Shown: positions 1 through 12,090, numbered from the whole stretch's first letter. The stretch is 63,126 bases of DNA, filler included, from Octopus bimaculoides (GCF_001194135.2; 6 parts of 5 records of this genome joined end to end with filler, not necessarily neighbours in it); one strand, 5' to 3'. A program made the numbers and translations. Notes: a model not told the origin generated them from the letters alone.

Positions 1-1935
1 TGGGCCTACCTCTTCCACAGGTTCCCTCAACTGCTAGGGTATGGCACTTTGTCACACAGCTATCCTAATCCATTCTCGCTACATGACCATACCAGCGCAG
101 TCATATCTCTTGCACACCACAACTGATGCTTCGTAAGTTCAACTTTTCTCTCAAGGTACTAATACTCTGTCTAGTATCCATCGGAGCATACTGGCTTCAT
201 TCCTTGCGAGCCTATGCATGTTCTCAGCAGTCATAGCCCATGTTTCACTGCCATGAAGCATGGCTATTCGTACACATGCGTCATACAGTCTGCCTTTTAC
301 TCTGTGTGAGAGGCCCCTTGTCACCAGCAGAGGTAAGAGCTCTCTGAACTTTGCCCAGGCTATTCTTATTCTAGCAGCTACACTTTCAGCGCAACCTCCC
401 CCACTGCTAACTTGGTCACCTAGATAACGGAAGCTATCAACTACATCTAGTGTTTCTCCCTGGAATGTGGCAGAAGCTGTTCTCTGTACATTTACAGTGT
501 TTATAGCTCCTGAACATCTGCTACATACAAAAACTAACTTCCTAGTTAACCTTCCTTTGATATTGCTGCACCTCTTATGTGTCCATAGCTTGCACTGGGT
601 GCATCTTATAGAGTTTCTACCTATGCCTTTGCTACAGATTGAGCAGGGCCATCTACCTGAAGGGGTTTGTGTGCTGTCTACCTTCCTACTTATTAGGACT
701 TTGGTTTTAGCTAGGTTGACTCTAAGGCCCTTCGCTTCTAGTTCTTGCTTCCATACCTGAAACTTCTCCTCTAGTTCTGATAGTGACTCAGCAATTAGTG
801 CAAGGTTATCAGCATAGAGGAGCTCCCAGGGGCATCCTGTCTTGAATTCCTCTGTTATAACCTGGAGGACTATGATAAATAGGAGGGGGCTGAGGACTGA
901 ACCTTGGTGGACCCCTACCTCTACCCGGAATTCTTCACTGTACTTATTGCCAACCCTCACCTTACTGATAGCGTCTCTGTACATGGCTCGCACAGCTCTC
1001 ACTAACCATTCTTCTATCCCTAGTTTCNNNNNNNNNNCAAAGGCTTTCTCCATATCAATGAAAGCCAGGTACAGAGGTTTATCTTTGGCTAGGTATTTCT
1101 CCTGCAGCTGTCTTACCAGAAATATAGCATCAGTGGTGCTTTTCCCTGGCACAAACCCAAACTGTATCTCATCCAAACTGACTCTCTCCCTAATTAGTTG
1201 GGCTATGACCCTCTCCGTGTGTTTCATTACCTGATCTAACAACTTGATACCTCTGTAATTATTTGTATCTAAAGCGTCACCTTTACCTTTGTAGCAGTTG
1301 ACTATGGTGCTGCTACACCAGTTATTGGGTATGACTCCTTCGTGTATCACCTGGTTAACAATACGGGTGACTAGGCTATAGCCGACACTGCCAGATATTT
1401 TGAGCATATCTGCAGTGATTCCTGAAGGGCCGGGTGCTTTCCCTGTTTTCATACTCTTAATAGCTTTATCTACCATGGTACTGTCAACTCGAATCGCTGG
1501 TCCCTCTGTTGGGTTGACATTCGGCAGACTCTCTTTCTCCCATTCGTTCTCTTTATTGAGCAACCTTTCGTAGTGGCGTCTCCATACCTCTTTCTTTGCA
1601 GCCTCGTTTAGTGCAAGCGTATCATCATCCATGCGAACACATTTGTCTCCGCCGACATCACGATTCCCTCTCACACACTGTCTTGCAACACGAAATACCT
1701 CAAGTCTTTGGTCCTCACGGCGCAGTACATTGGCAAACTTTTTCTTATCTGCTTCCCCTCTGGCTAAATAAACTTTTCGCCTAGCTTCCCTTCTAGCAGT
1801 CTGATACAATTCCCTGCTACCACCGTTCTTCCAGTCTTTCCAAGCCTGTTTCTTTTGTCTAATAGCCCTGTCAACAGCGTTGTTCCACCATGTTATTTTC
1901 GGTCGAGAGGGGACCTTGCACCATCCACAGATCTG
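1..1935 (-). mobile_element. RTE-clade LINE, 5'-truncated and inactivated: RT domain plus PHD-like zinc finger; runs off the window start
   Basis: ORF 151..2028 carries RT motifs KGKGD..NYRGIKLL, QFGFVPGKSTTDAIF, GVHQGSVLSPLLF and YADN (catalytic YADD mutated). After a frameshift near 170 the frame resumes as EKLNLRSIS..LRWYGHVARMD..GRGRP. The first ~30 aa of the ORF come from the neighbouring repeat. Confidence 0.92.
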
Positions 1936-1944
1936 GTCGGTGGC

Positions 1945-2280
1945 CAGATATGAAAATAAAACAAAAAAATGGAACAAGAACATAACAGGCAACAACAAAA
2001 CATTTGGACAGTTAAAAAATACAAACAAGGACAGGTCATTCAGAGCTTTCAGTCTTCAGTCGAGTACCAGATCGTCTTTGCAGTTTTGGCCATTTACTCT
2101 TGAGACTGCTCTAATCTGGGCGGCCCCAACAAAATCTAAGCTAAGAGCACTAGATTCTTTGGAAGAAAGCAAGTGAATGCATACGAAAACAAGGACGAAG
2201 AAAATGGAGAAATGGTACACAATTGCAATTACAAACAACAGGACATTAACAATAGGTGTCTTTCGACTAAGGACGGATTA
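1945..2280. repeat. Dispersed ~350-bp repeat family A, copy 1 (possibly PLE terminal-repeat-like)
   Basis: Aligns by eye with 60355-60712 (same orientation) and 3815-4090 (inverted). Confidence 0.8.
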
Positions 2281-2676
2281 AATTAAGCTGGTGTGTGTGA
2301 AAGAGAAGCCTTACATGGGAGTTGAAAGTCATGGGAAGGAATATAAATGCTACACGGATGGTAGTCGAACCAAGAGAGAAAGGTCAGGCTTGGACGAACA
2401 CCTGTCATGAGACAGGTAGGGGGTACAGGGATTGAAGAATTAGGGAGGGATGAGAAAGACAAAAAATGGAAAGGGAGAGAGAAAGTGATGAGAATGAAGG
2501 AAAAGGCCAAGAAATGTGAGAGAGGGTAGGAGCAAAAAAAATGGAAAGTGGAAGGAACAAAGAAAGTGCGAAGGGGGCTAAAGAAAAGAGTAAAAGAGTC
2601 GTACAGAATTTAGATATATATATATGTACTTACATACAGGAGACCAAAAGTGTACATACGCCACAATATGTATATG

Positions 2677-2710
<34 letters not shown>

Positions 2711-2749
2711 TATCTATATACACATAAATATATATACACACATATATAG

Positions 2750-3640
2750 ACATGATAACCACAAATACCAGAGTGTCATGTTCATTGACACCACCCCTAG
2801 AGGCAAACCAGCGTACCGCTTTAGAAGGGCCCTAGAATTAGGTTGTAGAAAGGCCAGGTAAAATCCCTATTCCGTAGAACCTACCCTTACAATACAGTTA
2901 GGAACTGTATTGCATGTAGAATTAGCCCACAAAAAAACTGTAAAGGTAGGAATGTAGTCTATAGTATAAGATGTACAGAGGGATGGTGCAGAAACAAGAC
3001 AACAACATACGTAAGGGTGACAGCATGGAGCATAGGAGAGCGGGTAAATGAGCATTGGAGGGAACTTAAGGAAGAGAAGAGCTCATCAGCTCTATACCGG
3101 CATGCCAAACAAGAACTGATGCAACGCTTTGACAAATTATGGAAGCTGCACACATAGTAGAAGATAAACCTAGCCTAATTAGAAAACTAGAATAGAACAC
3201 TAGCACATCCTCCCCCCACAAACCACAACCTATCACAGAATAAGATCCCCATAGACTGATAATATGAAACTAATACAATACACAAATAAATAAAATTAAG
3301 TAATTATATACATAAACAAAATAAATTAGATTAATAGAAAAAAAAAGAAAGAAATGTAAAAGTGAGATAAAAACGAATATAATAAATAAAACAAACGTGT
3401 ATAAACAGCGGGTACTGATAATGCAAGTACCATAAACATTCCCACACACACTAAACATAGACGCACACAGGGATATACGTATGTTCAAATAAAGACACAT
3501 ACAAAAGGAATACAAAATGGCAGATTGTTAGTATGGAGAAACAAAAGACCACTGATGTGACTAAAGAACTCCAGCCAATATACAATTGGAATTAATAATT
3601 AATTAATATAAAATAAAGCTGAAGCAAGTGAACACCATAT
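2750..3640 (+). mobile_element. Penelope-like element 3' end: GIY-YIG endonuclease relic plus 3' UTR with a deleted hammerhead
   Basis: Frame 2849-3157 has no ATG and is missed by the track. It reads CIACRISPQKNCKGRNVVYSIRC..YVRVT..GERVNEH..SALYRH, then after a frameshift EAAHIVEDKPSLIRK. The 3' part (3545-3635) aligns with the reverse complement of 13860-13960. Confidence 0.8.
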
Positions 3641-3814
3641 GTATACATATACATACACGCATATATATTTATGCACAGATATAAATGTATACATGTATAT
3701 AAATATGCATATATATATTTATACATATACATGTGTATACATATATATATGTATACATATATATATGTATATATGTATGAACATAAATATGTATATATGT
3801 GTGTATACATATAT

Positions 3815-4090
3815 ATATGTATTTGTTTTTGTATACATTCGCTGCTTTCTTCCAAGGAATCTAATACTCTTAGCGTAGCATTTCCTTGGGGCTGGCCAGA
3901 TTGGAGCAATCTTGAGTATAACTAGATGAAATTGCAAAGTTAATCTGGAACTCAACTGATGAAAGAAAACTCTGAATGACCTGTCCTTGTTTTCTTTGTA
4001 TCGTCTATCTGGAGGTTTTGTTGTCCCTTTCTTGTATCACCTAACTGTCAGGATGTTTTGCGTTCTTGTCCCATTTTGTATTATTTACAT
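3815..4090. repeat. Repeat family A, copy 2 (inverted), ending in (TA)n
   Basis: Reverse complement of 1945-2220 and 60355-60625. Confidence 0.8.
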
Positions 4091-4170
4091 ATATATATAT
4101 ATATATATATATATANNNNNNNNNNNNNNNNNNNNNNNNNNNNNNNNNNNNNNNNNNNNNNNNNNNNNNA

Positions 4171-4470
4171 GTGTTTATTGAGCGAAAACACCTAAAGCTC
4201 CACGAGGCTCTGGCAGGGGATGGTGGCGAACCCTGCTGTACTCTTTCACCACAACTTTCTCTCACACTTACTTCCTGTTTCTGTTGTGCCTGTAATTCGA
4301 AGGGTCAGCCTTGTCACACTGTGTCACGCTGAATTTCCCTGAGAACTACGTTAAGGGTACATGTGTCTGTGGAGTTCTCAGCCACTTGCACGTTAATTTC
4401 ACGAGCAGGCTGTTCCGTTGATCGGATCAACTGGAACTCTCGATGTGGAAAGCGATGGAGTGCCAACAAT
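4171..4470 (+). mobile_element. Dispersed repeat family B (probable SINE), copy 1
   Basis: Near-identical to 10596-10895 and ends in a CAACAA-like tail. Confidence 0.7.
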
Positions 4471-5867
4471 GTATGTATATACATATGTGTATATATATAT
4501 ATATTTATATAGGTACATATATATATGTATGCATATATATATATACATATGTATGTCTGTATATATATCTATATCTATATATATATATATATATATATAT
4601 GCGACTAAAAATAAATACAAAAAAGGTGGGTTTTTTTGTATGATTGTGTATAGAGGAATATATTATTTTGCTTAAAAGAGTTCCAACACTGTCTGTTTTT
4701 TATGTTTTATTTATATTCCTGCAGAACTAATGTGGGGTATAGAATATGGAATATACAATATATAATATGATATACAATATACAATATAAAATAAAATAAA
4801 ATAAAAATGGATGGCACCATGAAAGAAAGTATTGAATGTAGATGAAATATTGAGTGTTCAATATAAAGGATCAAATATATAAATATATAAATATAAATAT
4901 ATATATATAANNNNNNNNNNNNNNNNNNNNNNNNNNNNNNNNNNNNNNNNNNNNNNNNNNNNNNNNNNNNNNNNNNNNNNNNNNNNNNNNNNNNNNNNNN
5001 NNNNNNNNNNNNNNNNNNNNNNNNNNNNNNNNNNNNNNNNNNNNNNNNNNNNNNNNNNNNNNNNNNNNNNNNNNNNNNNNNNNNNNNNNNNNNNNNNNNN
5101 NNNNNNNNNNNNNNNNNNNNNNNNNNNNNNNNNNNNNNNNNNNNNNNNNNNNNNNNNNNNNNNNNNNNNNNNNNNNNNNNNNNNNNNNNNNNNNNNNNNN
5201 NNNNNNNNNNNNNNNNNNNNNNNNNNNNNNNNNNNNNNNNNNNNNNNNNNNNNNNNNNNNNNNNNNNNNNNNNNNNNNNNNNNNNNNNNNNNNNNNNNNN
5301 NNNNNNNNNNNNNNNNNNNNNNNNNNNNNNNNNNNNNNNNNNNNNNNNNNNNNNNNNNNNNNNNNNNNNNNNNNNNNNNNNNNNNNNNNNNNNNNNNNNN
5401 NNNNNNNNNNNNNNNNNNNNNNNNNNNNNNNNNNNNNNNNNNNNNNNNNNNNNNNNNNNNNNNNNNNNNNNNNNNNNNNNNNNNNNNNNNNNNNNNNNNN
5501 NNNNNNNNNNNNNNNNNNNNNNNNNNNNNNNNNNNNNNNNNNNNNNNNNNNNNNNNNNNNNNNNNNNNNNNNNNNNNNNNNNNNNNNNNNNNNNNNNNNN
5601 NNNNNNNNNNNNNNNNNNNNNNNNNNNNNNNNNNNNNNNNNNNNNNNNNNNNNNNNNNNNNNNNNNNNNNNNNNNNNNNNNNNNNNNNNNNNNNNNNNNN
5701 NNNNNNNNNNNNNNNNNNNNNNNNNNNNNNNNNNNNNNNNNNNNNNNNNNNNNNNNNNNNNNNNNNNNNNNNNNNNNNNNNNNNNNNNNNNNNNNNNNNN
5801 NNNNNNNNNNNNNNNNNNNNNNNNNNNNNNNNNNNNNNNNNNNNNNNNNNNNNNNNNNNNNNNNNNN

Positions 5868-6046
5868 CGCTGAATACCATTTTCTATGAGTCGTGATGGG
5901 TATTTTTGCTTCACCAGAAATTCTTTCAGTTCCATCAGGCGTTGATTTCTGGTCTCTATATCCTCTACAATAGTACATATTCTCCTGGCTAGGCAGTATG
6001 GTATGTTGCGTTTTGTATGGGGTGGATGGCACGATTTAAAGTTCAA
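5868..6046 (-). mobile_element. Penelope-like RT thumb fragment; remainder in the N gap
   Basis: NFKSCHPPHTKRNIPYCLARRICTIVED..RLMELKEFLVKQKYPSRLIENGI matches the PLE 'S.HP.H.K..IP..LA.RI..I' pattern. Confidence 0.78.
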
Positions 6047-6047
6047 G

Positions 6048-6082
<35 letters not shown>

Positions 6083-6084
6083 AT

Positions 6085-6399
6085 GCTGAGCTGAGATCCC
6101 CTTTGGTCATGACTGATTGCACCTAGAAAGTTGCCCTCACAGGCACAAGTTCGGGCAAGGTTGTTTTTATGGAAGACCAGCAGTCGCCCATGCATACCAG
6201 CCTCCCCTCTCCATGCCATCAGTGTTATCCAAGAGAAAGGCAAAGGCCAATACAGCTTGGCACCTGTGACGTCACAACTCATTTCTACCGCTGAGTGAAC
6301 TGGAGCAATGTGAAATGAAGTATCTTGCTCAAGAACACAACAAGCAGCCCGATCTGGGATTCGAACTCACAACCTCACGATTCCAAGCTCAACACTCTA
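6085..6399 (-). mobile_element. tRNA-derived SINE family C (CORE-like central domain)
   Basis: The reverse complement shows a B-box GAGTTCGAATCCC followed by GTGTTCTTGAGCAAGATACTT. Related copies at 24285, 26540, 44110 and 44880. Confidence 0.75.
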
Positions 6400-6785
6400 N
6401 NNNNNNNNNNNNNNNNNNNNNNNNNNNNNNNNNNNNNNNNNNNNNNNNNNNNNNNNNNNNNNNNNNNNNNNNNNNNNNNNNNNNNNNNNNNNNNNNNNNN
6501 NNNNNNNNNNNNNNNNNNNNNNNNNNNNNNNNNNNNNNNNNNNNNNNNNNNNNNNNNNNNNNNNNNNNNNNNNNNNNNNNNNNNNNNNNNNNNNNNNNNN
6601 NNNNNNNNNNNNNNNNNNNNNNNNNNNNNNNNNNNNNNNNNNNNNNNNNNNNNNNNNTATTAATATCTCAGTTATTAAAACTTTTGATAATTTTAATACG
6701 TAGCAAAATTACACTAAAAAACAAGATATCACAACCGTTTTACAGGTTGATATACCAAGTTAAAGTGATACATTTTGAGAAGATA

Positions 6786-6890
6786 TGGATAATAATAAAT
6801 GGAGCAAAACGCATGTCAATAAAAGTTCCTTTAATTCCTACACATGTTTCAAAATAAATGATAGTTCTTTCACAAAGAAGAAAGAGCTGA
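6786..6890 (-). repeat. Inverted partial terminal repeat at the 5' end of the PLE
   Basis: Reverse complement of ~10190-10292 with a few mismatches; it abuts the truncated RT frame. Confidence 0.75.
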
Positions 6891-6891
6891 G

Positions 6892-8175
6892 GTCTCTGTA
6901 GCAAACTTTCTGGACGTTACCTTAGATTTACATAGTAATACTCATTTCCCATTCCACAAACCTTCAACTAATCTCAAGTACATAAGCCCCTTTAGTAACC
7001 ATCCAAGACATATAACCAGTAATTTGGTTAGGAATATCTCAATTAGGCTTTCCAAACTTTCTTCTAACTCCCAAATTTTCAATAAGGAGGCTGACTTCTA
7101 TAATTCAGCCTTATTAAGGGCTGGCTATAAGGAAAAGGTAGTGTACATTAACTCTTCTAGTGATCTTTTCCCCTTCTACACAACATGATACCCCCTTTAC
7201 TAGCATAGATGAACCCATTTCTATTCCTTCCCATTCTTCTCACTTTACTGAGAAAGTGGGTCATCCTCTTAACTCACATAAGAGAGGTGTCCCAACTGGC
7301 CCCAAATACTTTAACAAATTCAAAAATCCTTGCGTATTTAACCACTCTAATACTACATCTAGATCTGTTGATAATAATAAGAATATCAGGCTCATCCTCC
7401 CATTTAGGAAGCAGGTCAAATCAGATTTGGTCTGACAGTTCCGAGACGCAGTGAGTAGGAACTTCCCTAAAGGCTCCCACTATTACCCAATTATCAACTC
7501 GCATAAGGTTAGATTTGGGTTTTTGAACACCAAAAATTCGTTACAGATTATATCTTCCCACAATCTCAGGTTTTTGGATTCATCTATAGACGGCCATCCT
7601 AGCCATAATCATAATATTAGTCATGTTCAAACCTGTAGCAATAATAATTACTCCAACAATTTAACGCACACAAATGATGGCATTAATCAGTTTGATATTA
7701 GTATAGGTAGTATGTCCAATAGTGGGAATCACATAAATATCTGTAACAATAATAAGATTAGCATCTCGGAATTAAATCCTAATAGAATCAGGTTTTTGAG
7801 TGCGAATTCAAGGACCAAAAATGTAGTGTATCAATGCAAGGTAACTTCTAACACTGATGTCTCATACTATGTAGGTAGTTCATCGACACAGGTATCCAAG
7901 AGAATTTCGAATCATTATTCGTCGTTTAGAGATAGAAATAAAGCTAGCACTACTGGCCTAAGTAAATTTATTTGGGAACTGAAGGATTGCAATAAGCAAT
8001 TCTCTTTAGAATGGTCCATACTGGCTCCTATGACAAGGGGAGGGAATTCTGCTCTCTTTGTAACTTGGAGCTTTTTTATATCCTGTTCTCCAAGAATCGC
8101 CTAGTTAACCAAATCATTCAGAGGGCGTACCGCTGTCAGCACTTCAAGAAACATACCTTCTTTTATTACCGTTAG
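6892..8175 (+). mobile_element. 5'-truncated Penelope-like element, RT thumb-linker-GIY-YIG (C-terminal EN order), pseudogenised
   Basis: From 6901: ANFLDVTLDL..PFHKP..SNHPRHI..ISIRLSKLSSN..FYNSALLRAGY. Then LPFRKQVKSDLV*..NFPKGSHYYPIINSHKV..IISSHN, then NVVYQCKV..YYVGSS..KRISNH..LSKFIWELK..WSIL. After a frameshift: FCSLCNLE..LVNQ..YRCQHFKK, stop at 8173-8175. Confidence 0.88.
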
Positions 8176-8236
8176 CTCCATCATTCCTATTAGGTTAGGT
8201 TTCAAGCATTATTATTATTATAGTTATTATTATTAT

Positions 8237-8275
<39 letters not shown>

Positions 8276-8706
8276 AATATCCTATGAATAATTTCCACTT
8301 CTTCATCCACCACAACTTGCCTTTTCCTCTTCTATAGTTGATTAATTTTTTCCTTCCCAGTAATTACTGCTTAGGCTACCTTGTACCACCAGCTGCTTTG
8401 CCTTATATCTGACCTTCTCCTTATTAGCATGTATATTGTGATTATTATTATTATTTCTCAACAAAACACTCTGTACTTTGTTTTTACATTGATTAGCGCT
8501 AACATAAGTATATTAATATATAACAGGGTAATGGTATTTCATTTATCATATTTATGTTCTTCGCTTCAAATCAGTATGTTATTAATCTTAATATTTTTTA
8601 TAATCTTAAACAAAACACATGTGTATGTATATGTGTACATATATGCATACGTGTGTGGAGGTGGGGGTGGGCGTGTGTGTTTGTGTATGGGTGCATGTGT
8701 GTATGC

Positions 8707-8741
<35 letters not shown>

Positions 8742-8745
<4 letters not shown>

Positions 8746-9095
8746 AGTATATTTGCCACTTAAATGTGGCTGACCCCGAGGGGTGGATGTTACTGTTGGT
8801 TTTAGCCCCNNNNNNNNNNTTTGCATCGAAGGTCGGCGATTGTCGTATGCTGAAGAAGGGAAATAACCCTGAAACTCGGGTACTTACGTATCGTAGATCA
8901 AGATGGGAAAGATAACTTCCCTTGGCAAATACAGACACAGCACAGATGTGTGTCGATAGCCAGCTGGAGGAGATGTCCTCCTGGGGCTAAAAGCAACAGT
9001 AACATCCACCCCTCGGGGTCAGCCACATTTAAGTGGCAAATATACTTCACTTTATCGTGCAGTTACTGTTAATACCTCGTTCAGAGATTTAACAT
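8742..9095 (+). mobile_element. Fold-back, hammerhead-bearing repeat (family D)
   Basis: 8742-8809 is the inverted repeat of 8982-9050. The arm is homologous to 50957-51815, and both flanks are (TA)n. Confidence 0.8.
8844..8888 (+). ncRNA. Type I minimal hammerhead ribozyme
   Basis: CGUAUG-CUGAAGA-AGGG(aaauaa)CCCU-GAAA-CUCGGG-UA-CUUACG. Intact core, 4-bp stem II, self-complementary stem III, GUA site, stem I 5/6 paired. Confidence 0.8.
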
Positions 9096-10155
9096 ATATA
9101 TATATATATATATATACATATATAAGTGTATATGTATATATACATGTATGTGTGTGTGTGTGTATGCGCATGTGTACATATGTATGTGTGTGGGTGTTTG
9201 CATGTTTGTATATATACAGGAATGTATGTATATATACAGGTACGCAAGTATAGGTGTGCGTGTGTGTACACATGCATATGTGAAGGTTTCTGTATGGGTG
9301 TGTGTGTGTATGTGTATGGGTGTATGTGTTTGAATGGGTATGTATACATAAGTATATGTATATGTATGTGTGTGTACATGTACGAGCACGGGGCATGTGT
9401 GTGTGTATGGGTGCATGTGTGTATGTATATGTATATATATATATATACGTATATATATATATATACACATATATACATGTATGTGTGTGTGTGTATGCGC
9501 ATGTATGTGTGGGTATTTGCATGTTTGTATATATACAGGAATGTATGTATACATACAGGTACGTATGTATAAGTGAGCGTGTGTGTGCATATGTATATGT
9601 GAAGGTTTCTGTATGGGTGTGTGTGTGTATGTGTATGGGTGTATATGTGTGTATGGGTATGTATACATAAGTATATGTATATGTGTATGTACATGTGCGT
9701 GAACGCACATGTTTATGCACGCACGCACACACATATGTAAACCTTCACTAGACTACGATGTTTCATTTACTTTCAATTTTATTTACTTTTTCGCTACATA
9801 TTAATATGTCATTGGGTTCCCTCATATGATGTACTACCTTAGTTCCCTCCCTTCCTCCCCCTTTTTTGACTCAACAATTAACTCTCTCTAATTTAACAGA
9901 ACCACAATATACTTATCTCCCCATATTCAAATAACTCTTTGGTTTTAACCTTTATACCATCACGTCAAAAACACCCTCCCCTTATAGCTCTATGTAAACT
10001 AGCGTTCTTATTCCTAAAGCCCATGGAATAATATCGTTGACCCCTTTATATCTCTATGTAAACAAACCTTCTAACGGTCACTGACCATGTAACATCTCTG
10101 CTCGTAAGTTACCCCATCATTTCGTTTTTGTCTTGCTATTACATGTTTTATTATG

Positions 10156-10244
10156 AACTCCCTGAAGAGAAATAAATGAGGAACCCCAACAGCTCTTTCA
10201 TCTTTGTGAAAGAAATATCATTTATTTCGAAACGTGTAGGAATT
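10156..10244 (+). ncRNA. Type I hammerhead ribozyme with long stem II
   Basis: UCC-CUGAAGA-GAAAUAAAUGA..UCAUUUAUUUC (perfect 11 bp)-GAAA-CGUG-UA-GGA. Confidence 0.75.
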
Positions 10245-10288
10245 AAAGGAACTTTTATTGACATACGTTTTGCTCCATTTATTATTAT

Positions 10289-10321
<33 letters not shown>

Positions 10322-10595
10322 NNNNNNNNNNNNNNNNNNNNNNNNNNNNNNNNNNNNNNNNNNNNNNNNNNNNNNNNNNNNNNNNNNNNNNNNNNNNNNN
10401 NNNNNNNNNNNNNNNNNNNNNNNNNNNNNNNNNNNNNNNNNNNNNNNNNNNNNNNNNNNNNNNNNNNNNNNNNNNNNNNNNNNNNNNNNNNNNNNNNNNN
10501 NNNNNNNNNNNNNNNNNNNNNNNNNNNNNNNNNNNNNNNNNNNNNNNNNNNNNNNNNNNNNNNNNNNNNNNNNNNNNNNNNNNNNNNNNNNNNNN

Positions 10596-10895
10596 CTTTA
10601 TTGAGCGAAAACACCTAAAGCTCCACGAGGCTCCAGCAGGGGATGGTGGTGAACCCTGCTGTACTCTTTCACCACAACTTTCTCTCACTCTTACTTCCTG
10701 TTTCTGTTGTGCCTGTAATTCAAAGGGGTCAGCCTTGTCACACTGTGTCACGCTGAATATCCCCGAGAACTACATTAAGGGTACACGTGTCTGTGGAGTG
10801 CTCAGCCACTTGCACTTTAATTTCACAAGCAGGCTGTTCCGTTGATCAGATCAACTGGAACCCTCGACATCGTAAGCGACGGAATGCCAACAACA
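10596..10895 (+). mobile_element. Repeat family B, copy 2
   Basis: Near-identical to 4171-4470. Confidence 0.7.
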
Positions 10896-11010
10896 ATATG
10901 TGTATGTATATGTGTGTATATATATGTGTATATGTGTGTATATGTATGTGTATATATATGTATATATACATGTGTATATACATATGTATATATATGTATA
11001 CATACATGTG

Positions 11011-11042
<32 letters not shown>

Positions 11043-11287
11043 CATACATGTATATATACATATTTGTATATACATATATATGTATACATACATGTGTATA
11101 TACATATATATGTATATATATGTATACATACATGTGTATATGCAATCGACAGTCAAACATTTATTCCCTACAAACTGAATTTTTTGAATCATCTTTCTTA
11201 AAACGTATTTACTTACTACTATATAGAGAGAGAGAGAGACACACAGAATACACATTAATACACACATATACAAATACCATGCGCCTT

Positions 11288-11324
<37 letters not shown>

Positions 11325-11624
11325 GTATATGTATATATACATATACATANNNNNNNNNNNNNNNNNNNNNNNNNNNNNNNNNNNNNNNNNNNNTTAATTA
11401 ATTAANNNNNNNNNNNNNNNNNNNNNNNNNNNNNNNNNNNNNNNNNNNNTATATATACATATATATATATATATATGTATGTATGTATGTATGTATTGCT
11501 ACAGCACTGTGTTGTAGCAATAACGTAAGTATAGAGCTCACGATTGTTCTCTAGAAAACAAGAATACTGCCAATAGCGATCGATACAGCTGAAATCTGGA
11601 TGATGACTGTAAAAATCGGCCGTC

Positions 11625-12090
11625 AACTCAGTGTATATCGTGAGCGGTGCCTCATAAAGATCCTAAGAACCACCTATCGAGATAGAGAGACAAATGAAGT
11701 CAATCTCCAAGCAGCAAGAATATAGCCTCTGTATGCAATTGCAACCCCTACTAAGACTGCCAGAGAAGAGGCCTGCATAAACAGCTGTGGGTCTGATGCC
11801 CACGGAAGGTAAGAGAAACAGAGATCAGCGAAGAAAATCACGGCGTAGTACCTTCAAAGAAGATCACCTGGGAAGAAGCACACCAGTTGGTCAGAGACGG
11901 AGATAACTGGCGATCACTGACTGCTCGATGTGCCGCGGAAATGCACCATCGCAGCGAAGAAGAAGAAGAAGAAGAAGAAGAAGAAGAAGAGGAGGAGGAG
12001 GAGGATGAGGAGGAGGAGGAAGAGGAGGAAGAGGAGGAAGAGGAGGAAGAGGAGGAAGTGGGGGAGGAAGAACAATAGGAGGAGGAGGCG
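11625..12090 (+). mobile_element. RTE LINE 3' end with (GAA/GAG)n tail
   Basis: QLSVYRERCLIKILRTTYRDRETNEV..GKRNR..TWEEAHQLVRDGDNWRSLTARC, immediately followed by (GAA)n. Confidence 0.7.

Larger units (their letters stand above)
8620..9735. repeat. Composite (TG)/(TA)/(TATG) microsatellite with a ~318-bp higher-order duplication, interrupted by an insertion
   Basis: GAAGGTTTCTGTATGGG recurs at ~9283 and ~9601, and 8690-8740 matches 9400-9440. Confidence 0.8.

Noticed and set aside
1936-2028. Hydrophobic N-terminus on the RT ORF suggesting a fusion or signal peptide
   Set aside because: Chance in-frame read-in from repeat family A at the LINE truncation point; the RT is also YADN-dead.
3592-3955. 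Many YI/HT/CV-rich ORFs (here and at 9.0-9.7, 10.8-11.3, 45.6-46.2 and 47.9-49.1 kb)
   Set aside because: Translations of (TA)n/(CA)n/(TG)n microsatellites, which lack stops in several frames.
4707-6032. Long poly-X ORFs (also 15.2-15.9, 20.9-21.9, 22.7-23.4 and 52.9-53.7 kb)
   Set aside because: Read-through of N gaps.
7433-7435. In-frame TGA in the PLE ORF as possible selenocysteine
   Set aside because: The copy has other frameshifts, the position is not a Cys site, and no SECIS was identified. A simple nonsense mutation is more likely.
11394-11405. TTAATTAATTAA between ~44-N blocks (also 20455, 24601, 44024, 60299)
   Set aside because: Identical six-frame-stop linker in N padding, so an assembly join marker rather than biology. 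Adjacency across these points is uncertain.
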